In this document: positions 33,294-43,300 of the stretch, piece after piece
How the letters are laid out: each line of letters begins with the position of its first letter
Numbering within the stretch: position 1 is the stretch's first letter
Origin: Thermoplasmata archaeon M9B1D
Lineage (GTDB): Archaea > Thermoplasmatota > E2 > DHVEG-1
NCBI GenBank assembly: GCA_002900535.1
Contig: MUGC01000005.1
Coordinates: 1-55,446, forward strand
Direction of reading: 5' to 3'
DNA length: 55,446 nucleotides
Program-made: the position numbers and the translations under genes
Notes under the pieces: generated by a model
What the model saw: only the letters and a program-made list of their open reading frames with translations
Told to the model about the DNA's origin: nothing
Database searches by the model: none

Positions 33294-34239
33294 TTGGTCC
33301 CATGTTTTCTAATTCTTTGACAAATTTATTAATCTCTTGTTGTAATTTTGCTGATTCACCTGTTGAAAACCAATCAAGTTTTAAACGTTTAGGATTAATA
33401 TTTAATTCTTTTAAAATATTTTTAAGAAGAATAAGTCTTCTGCGGGTTTTATAATTTCCATCATGGTCACATTCTTCAGGTGGACAACCAGCTACCATAA
33501 CACCCCATGCACCTGATTCAAATGCATCAAGAATTAATTCAGGGGCAACACGACCGGAGCACATTGTAACAATTATACCATATGGTGTTTTAACAAGTGT
33601 TTCTGTTTCACTTAGTTGCATACCAGGAAAAATCGAATAATTGCAAGCAAACACGAGTAATTTTTTATCATCTTTTTTCAAAATTTCTTTCACGCTTTCA
33701 TGAAGTTCAGGTAACGTTACATTACATCCTTCTTTTTGAGAAATAGCACCAGAAGGGCAAGCTGCAAGACAGAGCCCACAGCCGCGACATTCAACCTTGT
33801 CTACTTCGATTTTCTTTTTGTCTTTTCCTTTATCAACTATTTTGAGTGCATCATACTTACATAGAGGTACGCATACACCACAGACACTACATAGATCTTC
33901 ATCAATTTGAACAATAGTGCCTTGAACTTCAAAACCTGCATTGATTAAATCAGCACGTGCATCGGTTAAGATATCTGTTACTGGTACTCCAGCAGAACAA
34001 TTATCGCTACAGTTTTTACAATAAAAACATTGAAAGATTTTATCAACAACTTCCTGTGTAGGTGCTATCTTTCCAGTAATCATTCCGTGAACCATTAAAA
34101 GTTTTCCACGAGGGGTATCTGATTCCCAGCTGTAAGATTTAAATAAAGGACAAAGTTCATAACAATATCCACAACGAATGCATTTATCAAGCTCATTTTC
34201 CCATTTTTTTGAGCGTTTAAAATCGACTTTTTTGACCAT
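33271..34239 (-). CDS. fusion protein: GlcF/HdrC-type N-terminal 2x[4Fe-4S] domain, ferredoxin domain and degenerate MvhD-like domain
   Basis: 322 aa.
- CIRCGYCYELCP..TPRGK..CFYCKNCSDNC (GlcF/HdrD-type N-domain).
- CSVCGVCVPLC..CRGCGLCLAACP (ferredoxin).
- FACNYSIFPG..TMCSGRV..AGCPPEECDHDGN (MvhD-like, with CNWC degraded to CNYS). Confidence 0.65.
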   Translation of the reverse strand: MVKKVDFKRSKKWENELDKCIRCGYCYELCPLFKSYSWESDTPRGKLLMVHGMITGKIAPTQEVVDKIFQCFYCKNCSDNCSAGVPVTDILTDARADLINAGFEVQGTIVQIDEDLCSVCGVCVPLCKYDALKIVDKGKDKKKIEVDKVECRGCGLCLAACPSGAISQKEGCNVTLPELHESVKEILKKDDKKLLVFACNYSIFPGMQLSETETLVKTPYGIIVTMCSGRVAPELILDAFESGAWGVMVAGCPPEECDHDGNYKTRRRLILLKNILKELNINPKRLKLDWFSTGESAKLQQEINKFVKELENMGPIEAYVKR

Positions 34240-34241
34240 GA

Positions 34242-35675
34242 TTACTTTACCACCCTATATCGTAAATCTGTTGCTTTCACCCAGTCATCTGGAGCATCCA
34301 TGAGTTTATGTGGATTTAAAATATTATTTGGATCAAGTGCTTTTTTAATAGCACGCATCATAGGAATTATATCTGCTCTTGCTTTTTTCCAAGGAGGCGC
34401 CTTAGATAAGCCAATTCCATGCTCAGCAGACGTTACACCGCCAACTGAATGAATATAATCATAAAGTTCTTCTATTACCTTATCAGCATCCTTCCATTGA
34501 TCCTTCTTTTTTGGATCAAGCATAATCTTTGTATGAATTACTCCAGATCCACAATGACCATAAACTGCCATAATTACATTATTTCGTTTAGCTATTTCAT
34601 GGATTTTTGCAGCTGCTTCAGCAATTTTTGAATTTGGAACACCCATGTCATCTGCAAGGTCGGTACAGATGATTCCCTCTTTATATCTAGAAAGCGCGGC
34701 AAAAAGTTTTTTTCTTCCACTAAAGATACGTTTTCTTTCCTCTGCATCGTAGCTAAGTTCTATTCCGAAACCATTATGTGCTTTACAGATTTCTTTCATT
34801 TTATTAATTTCAAAATCAACTGCTTCTTTCACATTACCATCTGCTTCAAATAAGATAATTGCTCCAACCTCTTTCAATCCAAGATCTAATGCCTTATTAA
34901 CAGCAACAATTCCAATTCCATCCATCAGCTCAAGCATAGAAGGCTGACACCCGCTAGTGATAATTTCTGATATAGCATTTCCTGCGTCTTCCAATTTATT
35001 AAAATTTGCAACACCTAGACAACGAAATTTTGGAAGCGGATAAATTCTTATAGTTGCCTCAACAACAATACCAAGAGTACCCTCGGAACCAACGATAAGG
35101 CGTTCAAGCTGATAACCCGAAGAATGAACACGGGTATTTGCACCAAGGTTAACTAGGCTGCCATCTGCAAGTACAACTTTTAAACCTAAAATATAGTCGC
35201 GAGTGGCACCATATTTCACAGATCTAACACCTGAAGCATTAGCTGCAATCTCACCACCAATTGTGGCAATTCTACTAGATGCTGGTGCTGGCGGATAAAA
35301 AAAACCATATGGCAAAAGCGCACGATTTAAATCATCATCAACAACACCAGGTTCCACCCGAACAAGTACATCTCCAGGTTTTATCTCAAGAATATGATTC
35401 ATTTGTTTCATATCCATGACAATTCCACCGTCGATAGGGACTGCATGGCCACTGGTACCAGTACCTGCACCACGTGGAATAACAGGAATCCTGTTTTTAT
35501 TTGCATATCTCATAATTTTTTGAACTTGTTCAATTGTTTTTGGACGAACTACAACATTAGGCATTGCTTGATGAACTGATGCATCTCCAGAATATGCATA
35601 TAAATCCACGGGGTTGTCAGTTGCATTTTCAGATCCAACGATTTTTTTAAGGTTTTCAACATCAACTTTTTTCAT
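34242..35675 (-). CDS. glcD: FAD-linked oxidase, GlcD/D-lactate dehydrogenase family
   Basis: 477 aa. It has a PCMH-type FAD-binding N-domain (VVRP.T.EQV..I..A....IPV.PRGAGTG.SG) and a C-terminal FAD-oxidase domain (SAEHGIG). Confidence 0.8.
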   Translation of the reverse strand: MKKVDVENLKKIVGSENATDNPVDLYAYSGDASVHQAMPNVVVRPKTIEQVQKIMRYANKNRIPVIPRGAGTGTSGHAVPIDGGIVMDMKQMNHILEIKPGDVLVRVEPGVVDDDLNRALLPYGFFYPPAPASSRIATIGGEIAANASGVRSVKYGATRDYILGLKVVLADGSLVNLGANTRVHSSGYQLERLIVGSEGTLGIVVEATIRIYPLPKFRCLGVANFNKLEDAGNAISEIITSGCQPSMLELMDGIGIVAVNKALDLGLKEVGAIILFEADGNVKEAVDFEINKMKEICKAHNGFGIELSYDAEERKRIFSGRKKLFAALSRYKEGIICTDLADDMGVPNSKIAEAAAKIHEIAKRNNVIMAVYGHCGSGVIHTKIMLDPKKKDQWKDADKVIEELYDYIHSVGGVTSAEHGIGLSKAPPWKKARADIIPMMRAIKKALDPNNILNPHKLMDAPDDWVKATDLRYRVVK

Positions 35676-35676
35676 A

Positions 35677-36096
35677 TTATGCGATCTCCTTCAGAGGTGT
35701 TGGTCCCAATTTTTTTAATTGATTTACAAAATCAGTTACTACTTGTGCAAACTTTTGTCCCTCTGAAGCAGACACATATTCAAATCGTACTCGCTCAGGT
35801 TCTACACCCATATCATTAAGAAATTTTTTCAAAAGCCTAATCCTTCGATTAGTTTTGTAGTTTCCAGATTGGTAATGGCAATCACCAGGGTGACAACCAG
35901 CAATGAGAACACCATCAGCACCCTTTCGAAGTGCTTCAAGGATAAAAACCGTGTCAACCCGACCGGAGCACATTACTCTTATGGATTTGATATTTGGTGG
36001 ATATTTTATCCTACTAGTACCTGCTAAATCAGCTCCAGCATATGAGCACCAGTTACATAGAAAACCAATAATGTTTGGTTCAAATTCTTTTGCCAT
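35677..36096 (-). CDS. mvhD: methyl-viologen-reducing hydrogenase delta subunit
   Basis: 139 aa. Motifs FLCNWCSYAGADLAGTSR, VMCSGRVD and AGCHPGDCHY are present. Confidence 0.85.
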   Translation of the reverse strand: MAKEFEPNIIGFLCNWCSYAGADLAGTSRIKYPPNIKSIRVMCSGRVDTVFILEALRKGADGVLIAGCHPGDCHYQSGNYKTNRRIRLLKKFLNDMGVEPERVRFEYVSASEGQKFAQVVTDFVNQLKKLGPTPLKEIA

Positions 36097-36108
36097 AATT
36101 TTTTCACC

Positions 36109-36582
36109 TCAAATATCTAATTTTATCTTTTTTATCTCATTAAGTGTTAATTCTACGGCATTTGGAACAGCCGCAGCAATATCTTTGCTTAGTTTTTCCC
36201 TAAACTCACAAGGGATTTCTTTCATCATTATTCCAATGATTATGATATCTTTAGGAATTCTGGTTTCTCCCATTTTTTTTGCCATTTCAATGGCTTCTAT
36301 CAGCGATACATCATGTGGGTTGCATGAATGCATCGTGTTGAAATCGCTAAGAGGAATTCTTTTTACTTCCCCGTTTTCTGCATCTTTTGATTTTACTGCA
36401 TCAATGATTATCGCTCTATCGTATCCTATTATTAGATCTAACAGGTTCATACCACCTGTTATTGCTTCGTCAAGTGTTACATCTGGGTCATTGATTTGTT
36501 TTTTCAGCTCGTTTACTACGTGTATTCCTACACCATCATCGCCAAGAATGAGATTTCCCACTCCCAGTACGATGGTTTTCAT
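36109..36582 (-). CDS. [NiFe] hydrogenase maturation endopeptidase (HycI/FrhD/HyaD family)
   Basis: 157 aa. It has the N-terminal VLGVGNLILGDDGVGIHV motif plus later D and H ligands. Confidence 0.8.
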   Translation of the reverse strand: MKTIVLGVGNLILGDDGVGIHVVNELKKQINDPDVTLDEAITGGMNLLDLIIGYDRAIIIDAVKSKDAENGEVKRIPLSDFNTMHSCNPHDVSLIEAIEMAKKMGETRIPKDIIIIGIMMKEIPCEFREKLSKDIAAAVPNAVELTLNEIKKIKLDI

Positions 36583-36595
36583 AGATATTTTTCCT

Positions 36596-37987
36596 CTACA
36601 AATTTTGTCTTAGTGTTTTGTATAATTTTTTGTTATGGTCAAATATTTTTACCTCTAGTGGCATACCACCAGGTAATGTATGTGTTGCACATGCAAAACA
36701 TGGGTCATATGCGCGAAATGCCATTTCTACCATGTTTAGTGTTTTGTTGCTGACATCTCCTTTTTTAATTACCCCTTTTGCTGCGTCTCTTACACTCATA
36801 TTTATTGCACCAGCATTGTTTGTTGTTGCAACAATAAGATTTGCTTTGTCAATAAGTCCATCTTTTGTTAGTTTATAGTGATGAATTAATGTTCCTCTTG
36901 CTGCTTCTGTTACGCCCATTCCTTCACCTGGTTCACCTACAGGGTTTCTGATTTTTTGGCTGGTGATTTCAGGGTCATTTACCAGTTCTTTTGCTCTTTC
37001 AGTTGCATATAAAAGTTCGATGAGTCTAGCCCAGTGAAATGCAAGAGTACTGTTGACTGCTTTCCCACCTAGAGTTTCATACATTCTTTTGTATTCTTTA
37101 TCTGCGAGTGGTGTTGCCATACCTTCTGCTGCATTAAGTCTTCCTAGTGGTCCTACACGATATATCCCACTGTCTTTTCCATCTTTGAATCCTTTCCAAC
37201 CTACAGATTTTAGATAAGTGAATTTTATATATGTCCATTCCTCAACGTGTTCTGCTATATGTTTATAATAGTCTTTTACATCAAATTTTAACTTTTCTTT
37301 TCCTTGCTGGTCAGTTACTCTAATTTTTCCGTCATAAAAGTTCACCTTGTTATTTTTGTCAACAAGCCCCATGTTATATGTTGCAAGTTGATATGGGTCA
37401 CTTAGAATCAAGTTAACATAGTCTTTATTTTTAAGCACTATATCATCAAATAGTTTGAGTGAAAATTGTGCAAATTTGATACATGAGTCAACCATTGTTT
37501 TTATATCTTTTACTTCATCTTTGTTTAAACCTTTTGAAACACCGCCAGGTAAACCACACACAGGATGTGTTGCCTTACCGCCAAGAATTGCTGTAATTTT
37601 TTGACCGTATGCTCTGTGTTTTATTACTTCTTTTCCGATTTCCACTCCTGCTTTTTCAATTACACCTATTACATTTCGTTTTGCTGGTGGTGCATCAGGA
37701 CCAACAACAAAATCAGGCCCCCCAAGATAATAGAAATGTAATATATGATCATAGATATAGTAACCCACATACATTAATTCACGAAGTTTTTTAGCAGCAC
37801 TAGTTGGCTCTACATTGAACGCTGCATCAAGGGCTTTTGTTGATGCAAAATGATGAGCAACAGGAAAACCACGAAGTTCAGGAATCTGTAAATATGCGTT
37901 TTCAACATCGCCTTTGTCGTCCAAAAATATACTTATTTTTCCATGACCTTCAAGACGGGTTATCGGGTCTATTGTAACTGTTCTCAT
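36596..37987 (-). CDS. mvhA: MvhA-like [NiFe] hydrogenase large subunit (group 3c context) lacking the N-terminal RxCGxC motif
   Basis: 463 aa. It has the N-terminal ITRLEGHGKISIFLDD and the C-terminal DPCFACATH plus a cleavable tail. After ELRGF the sequence jumps straight to PVAHH, so there is no CxxC. Confidence 0.8.
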   Translation of the reverse strand: MRTVTIDPITRLEGHGKISIFLDDKGDVENAYLQIPELRGFPVAHHFASTKALDAAFNVEPTSAAKKLRELMYVGYYIYDHILHFYYLGGPDFVVGPDAPPAKRNVIGVIEKAGVEIGKEVIKHRAYGQKITAILGGKATHPVCGLPGGVSKGLNKDEVKDIKTMVDSCIKFAQFSLKLFDDIVLKNKDYVNLILSDPYQLATYNMGLVDKNNKVNFYDGKIRVTDQQGKEKLKFDVKDYYKHIAEHVEEWTYIKFTYLKSVGWKGFKDGKDSGIYRVGPLGRLNAAEGMATPLADKEYKRMYETLGGKAVNSTLAFHWARLIELLYATERAKELVNDPEITSQKIRNPVGEPGEGMGVTEAARGTLIHHYKLTKDGLIDKANLIVATTNNAGAINMSVRDAAKGVIKKGDVSNKTLNMVEMAFRAYDPCFACATHTLPGGMPLEVKIFDHNKKLYKTLRQNL

Positions 37988-38988
37988 TTTTTCATCACTC
38001 TCCTGTTTATAAGAGCAGAGGGCAGACCATATTTGTAAAACGTCCCAATAGGATCTACAACTTGATCTATCAATTTTTGTACTTCTTCATCACTCATTTT
38101 TTCTTCACCCTCTATACCGAGAATACTAGCAAGTGCAGATATCATCTTAGCACCTTGATCAAGCGAGTTGGGTGTTGGCCCTCCACAACCAGTACATGGC
38201 ATATTTGCATCTAAACATCGTGCACTACATCCACCACGGGTTGCTGGACCAAGGCAAATAATACCTTGTTCAAGAAGGCATTTTTCTTCTATTTTATCTA
38301 CTTCATATACTCTTTTTATCTCCTTGATTTTTTTCTCGGTTTTTTCAAATCTGCATTCATCACATACAGATTTCATTGGGCCAATAATTGATCCTTTTGG
38401 TGGTAGTTTATTTTCAACAATTGCACCTACAGCAGTCATAATTTGATCGGGTGTAGGTGGACAACCAGGTAGATAATAATCAACATCAACTGTTTGATCC
38501 AATGTTTTTACAGTATCATAAAACTCTGGAAGTGTAAGAGTACCCTCCTTTACTTTAACAGATGTTTTTGGAACAATTTTTTTAGGATTATCAGTCGATG
38601 GATTATCTAAATAAGCAACTCTAAAGACTTCCTCACGGTTTGCAACATTTGCAAGACCAGGTATCCCACCGTTAACTGCACATGCCCCAAATGCCACCAT
38701 AAATTTGGATTTCTTACGCAATAGTTTTGCGATATGTTCTTGTTCTTCAGTTCTTATTGACCCATTGAAGAAACAAACATCTATTTGTTTATCCTTCATT
38801 GCTTCTACATCTTTGTACTTGAAATCCATTGCAACTGGCCAGAATAAAATATCTGCAATGCCAATTACATCTAGTATTTTTTCATCGATATCAAGTACAG
38901 CGATTTCACATCCGCCACAACTTGCGGCCCAATAAAAAGCAAGTTGCAGTTTCTTTTTTGCTTCACTTTTCTTTTTTTCTTTTGTCAT
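37984..38988 (-). CDS. mvhG: MvhG-like [NiFe] hydrogenase small subunit
   Basis: 334 aa. It has WAASCGGCEIAVLD and multiple distal Cys motifs (CDEC, CLGPATRGGC, CTGCGGP). Confidence 0.8.
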   Translation of the reverse strand: MTKEKKKSEAKKKLQLAFYWAASCGGCEIAVLDIDEKILDVIGIADILFWPVAMDFKYKDVEAMKDKQIDVCFFNGSIRTEEQEHIAKLLRKKSKFMVAFGACAVNGGIPGLANVANREEVFRVAYLDNPSTDNPKKIVPKTSVKVKEGTLTLPEFYDTVKTLDQTVDVDYYLPGCPPTPDQIMTAVGAIVENKLPPKGSIIGPMKSVCDECRFEKTEKKIKEIKRVYEVDKIEEKCLLEQGIICLGPATRGGCSARCLDANMPCTGCGGPTPNSLDQGAKMISALASILGIEGEEKMSDEEVQKLIDQVVDPIGTFYKYGLPSALINRRVMKK

Positions 38989-39010
38989 ATACTACCACCT
39001 TTTTCAAATC

Positions 39011-39892
39011 TTATTTTCTATAAACTCCCTTTTTTTTCAATAATAAATTAGGATCAACAGCATGTTGTTCAAATCCACATACTGTTGGATCAAGCCCTAG
39101 TGCAATTGCGATTAGCTGGGTGTAATAATAAACAGGTATTTGTTTGTATCCCCTATGTAGTTTTTCTGCTTCTTTTCCACGTACATCAATGTTGAACCTA
39201 CAAAGCGGGCAAGACAAAACAATAGCATCAGCCCCGCGTTCAAGGGCAAAGTTTGTAATTCTATGAGCACGGTTTGAAACAATTTCCTTATGCTCAACAG
39301 TATGATAAGAACCACAGCATTCAATATTAAATGGATTGTCAACTATATCTGCACCAAGGACCTTTAAAAGATCAGAGAGAATTTGTGGATCTTCTGCATC
39401 ATCAATTGCGACTTCTCTTGGACGAAGCATCATACAACCATAATATGGCATTATTTTCATTCCGCGAAGTGGATTTTTAACCATTTTTTTAAGAGTTTTA
39501 AATCCTACTTCGTCACGTAAAAACTCAAGGAAATGATAAACTGTAACCGTACCCTTGTAATCGTTTTCCTGGTCCATAAACGCATTCAATGTCTCAAGAT
39601 CATCTGCCTTTTCTTTAACACGAAGATTGGTTTGTTTTAGTGTATTGCAACACATATCGCAAAGTGTTAAAACTTTATCTTCACCCTGATCTTCAACATG
39701 AATAAGGCTACGCAGAGGTGCCAAGTGTCGCATTAAATCATCATCTGATAAGGATGACACAACACCGCAACAGGTCCAGTCATCCATTTCAACCATCTCA
39801 TGGCCTAACTTTTCCATTATTGCAAAAGCTGTTTTTTCCAAATTTTTTGCAGATGTCTTAAGTGTACAACCTGGGAAATATAACATTTTCAT
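39011..39892 (-). CDS. hdrB: heterodisulfide reductase subunit B (two CCG domains), copy 2
   Basis: 293 aa. Motifs PGC..TCCG..CDMC and YGC..ECCG..CPLC are present. Confidence 0.85.
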   Translation of the reverse strand: MKMLYFPGCTLKTSAKNLEKTAFAIMEKLGHEMVEMDDWTCCGVVSSLSDDDLMRHLAPLRSLIHVEDQGEDKVLTLCDMCCNTLKQTNLRVKEKADDLETLNAFMDQENDYKGTVTVYHFLEFLRDEVGFKTLKKMVKNPLRGMKIMPYYGCMMLRPREVAIDDAEDPQILSDLLKVLGADIVDNPFNIECCGSYHTVEHKEIVSNRAHRITNFALERGADAIVLSCPLCRFNIDVRGKEAEKLHRGYKQIPVYYYTQLIAIALGLDPTVCGFEQHAVDPNLLLKKKGVYRK

Positions 39893-39897
39893 AGTTA

Positions 39898-40326
39898 TCA
39901 GCCTATGTTTTTTCTAAATAAACTTACAAACGCAATCTGAGGAATTGCCTCTCTTTCCTTTTTTGAGGTTTTTTGAGCATAACTATGATCAATTTTTCTT
40001 CGCAAGATTATTTGACGAAGTGCTTCCATGATTTTTGTGATGTTAATGTCGCGAGGACATCTTTCAGCACAAGTAAAACATGCAGAGCAAAGCCATATGG
40101 TCTTTGAACTCAACACTTCCTGTCGATCAAGAACAACATAACGTATAACTTCATCAGGTGTTAAATCCATATCATCAACATAAGGACAACCCGCAGAACA
40201 TGTTCCACACTGATAACAGCCAAATAAGTTTTCACCACAGATATCTTCAACTTCTTTTACAAGCTCGCCTTTTTTAAAAACAATTTTGCTGATTTCTTTG
40301 TTTTTTGGGAGTTGTTTTCTAGCCAT
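39898..40326 (-). CDS. hdrC: heterodisulfide reductase subunit C, copy 2
   Basis: 142 aa. Motifs CYQCGTCSAGCP and CSACFTCAERCP are present. Confidence 0.8.
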   Translation of the reverse strand: MARKQLPKNKEISKIVFKKGELVKEVEDICGENLFGCYQCGTCSAGCPYVDDMDLTPDEVIRYVVLDRQEVLSSKTIWLCSACFTCAERCPRDINITKIMEALRQIILRRKIDHSYAQKTSKKEREAIPQIAFVSLFRKNIG

Positions 40327-40328
40327 AT

Positions 40329-43300
40329 CTAATTCTCCTTTCCAAGAAGAGCATCTACCATGACTCTGATTTGTTTATTTTTAAATCCTTTTTGTTCAAT
40401 TGCTCCAGACGGACAAGCCGCGGCACACGCGCCACAGCCTTTACATAAAGCTCTGTTAACCGTTGCTACTAGATGGTCAGGTTTATCCTGTCTTGGTTTT
40501 ACTTCAATTGCACTATAAGGACAAATTCCTTCACAAGTCTGACAACCACTACATAAATCATCGTTTACCTCTGCAACTTGACCCTCACCTTTCATTTTCT
40601 CTTGCATTATTGGAATCGCTGCACGTGATGCTGCTCCTTCAGCCTGTGCAATTGAATCAACAAGGTTTTTTGGGTAATGTGCAGCACCACAAAGATATAT
40701 TCCATCTGTAGCAAAATCAAGTGGTCTTATTTTTGCATGAGCTTCTAAGAAAAATCCGCCTGCATCAGCAGGTATTTTAAGCATATTTTTAAGTGTATTA
40801 GTAAGCACTTCACCTTCAGTGTTGACTGTTAGTACTACTAGATCCGCATCAAGAACTAGCTCTTCATTTAGGATGTCGTCATATACCTTAACAGTCATAG
40901 GTCCTTCTTTTGGATCTTTTTTATCAAGTTTTATCTCAGGTTTTTTATCACCAGGATACCTAACTACTGTGACATGATGATTTTTTAAAACATTTGAGTA
41001 ATACTCCTCTTCTTCTTTTCCAAAAACACGCATATCACGATAGAGCAGCCAAATCTTTACACCAGGATATCTCTCAGAAATAAGTTTAGCATTTTTAATT
41101 GCAACACCACAACCTATACGACAGCAATATGGTCGTTTTTCATCCATTGCCCCAGCGCAGTTAACAATAACAACGTTTTTAGGTTTCTTTTTAAGTGTAC
41201 CTTCCTTGATTTTTTCTTCAAGTTCAGTTTGAGATATTATATTTTTATTTTTACCATAATGATATCGACCTTCAAGGTCTATTTCTCTAAAACCAGTTGA
41301 AACAATTATTGTTCCAAACTCAATTTTTCTCTTTTTGCTCTTATGTTTAATTATTCCCTCATAGTTCCCAATAAAACCATCAATGTCAACCAGTTCCGAT
41401 TCTGTCATGACAGTTATAAGTCTATTTTTAGTAACTTGTTTAATCAATGGATCAATAATATCTTTTGCTTTAATATCAGATGGGAACATTGAGTGCAGAT
41501 GTTTAAGTCGTCCACCTAATTCTTTTTCTTTTTCAATTAAATATGATTTAACACCCATATCTGCAAGTGCAAGAGCTGCCTTCATACCTGATACTCCACC
41601 GCCAATCACAAGTACCGATGGAATAATAGAAAATTCTTCTTCACTAAGTGGCTCTAACAGTCGTACTTTAGCAACTGCTGCATTTACAAGATTTATAGCT
41701 TTATCTGTTGCCTTGTCCCAGTCGTCAGAATGAACCCAACTACAGTGATTACGAATATTTGCCATTTCAAACAAATACTTGTTTAAACCTGATTCAAGCA
41801 ATGTATCTTGGAATAAACCACCATGCGTTCTTGGCGAGCAAGCTGCAACAATGATTCTATTAAGTTTTTGATCCTTTATAGTATCGCGTATCTTCTTACA
41901 AGTATCTTCAGAACATGCAAACATCACATGTTCTGCATAAACCACATTTGGTCGCTTTTTGACTTCTTCGGTTACTTTTTCAACATCGAGATAACTGGCA
42001 ATATTTTTACCACAATGACAAATGAAAACACCAATTCTTGGCTCCTCTAAAGATACATCTTTTTCTGGAGGAAAGTCACGACCCACATGTCGTTTTCTGT
42101 CTTTCACTGGTGCGACTGCTTTTGCGGCAGCACCACTAGCCATACTAACGCTGTCGGGGATATCCTTTGGACCCTGTATACATCCTGCTAAAAATATTCC
42201 TGGTTTAGTTGATTGTACAGGGTTTTGTAAAAGTGAATCCTGCTTGAAAAAACCATTTTCATCCACTTCAATTCCAAGGATTTTTGCAATTTTTTTATTA
42301 TCTTTTGCAGGAATAATTGCTGTTGAAAGGACAAGAAGGTCGACTTTATCTTCCTTTACTTTACCAGAAAGCGTGTCTCTGTATCGTATTGTTAAACTCT
42401 TATCCTTGTTTTCATAGACATTAGAGGGGCGACCTCGGATATATTTTACACCCAGATCTTTTGCATGATCATAATATTGTTGGAAATCCTTACCATATGC
42501 TCGGATATCCATATAATAAATATTAATATTAATACCAGGATTTGCCTCTTTTACAATACTTGCCTCTTTAGTCGCATACATACAGCAAACACGGGAACAA
42601 TAGGGATATCCTTCTTGTTCACTACGTGAGCCTACACATTGTATCCAACCAATCTTTTTAGGCTTGTTTAAATCTGAAGGACGGAGTACTTTGCCTGCAG
42701 TAGGGCCAAAACTTGATAAAAGACGTTCGAACTGCATAGCAGTCATAACATTTTCGTATTTACCATAGCCATATTCCTTACGTAATTCACTTGGTTCAAA
42801 TACTTCAAAACCAGTTGCTATAACAATTGCGCCTGCTTTAACCTCGATTTCTTCTGATTTTTCTAGAAAAGTTATTGCCCCTGGCTCACAAACCCTATCA
42901 CAAGCACCACATCCAGTACAATGTTCATGATCAATTGTATAAACAATCGGAACCGCTTGTGGAAACTCTATATAAATTGCTTTTCGAGTTGAAATTTTTT
43001 CATTAAAACTACTAATAACATCCACAGGACAAACCGCGGTACAGTCATCACAACCAGTACATTTGTCTGGATCAACATATTTCGTTTTCTTCCAAATCTG
43101 TGCTGTGAAATCTCCTTTTTTACCTTCTAATTTGTTAAGTTCTGCATAAGTAATAAGTTCAATGTTAGGGTGACGAGCAAGTTCTACCATTTTAGGTGCA
43201 GCTGTACATATACTGCAGTCATTTGTTGGAAAAGTCTTATCTAATTTAACCATTGATCCGCCAATTGTTGAGGTTTTATCAATTATAACTACCTTGTAGC

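Noticed and set aside
35903-36613. A 236-aa plus-strand ORF, long for an AT-rich genome, overlapping mvhD, the endopeptidase gene and the 3' end of mvhA.
   Set aside because: It is antisense to three genes with strong family motifs. Its product is low-complexity Ser/Ile/Phe-rich sequence, typical of the complement of Lys/Glu/Asp-rich coding DNA. It has no motif and no Shine-Dalgarno. The same reasoning applies to 7601..8056, 26010..26441, 42022..42417, 41383..41733, 10873..11229, 1942..2382, 22728..23132 and the other short shadow ORFs in the track.
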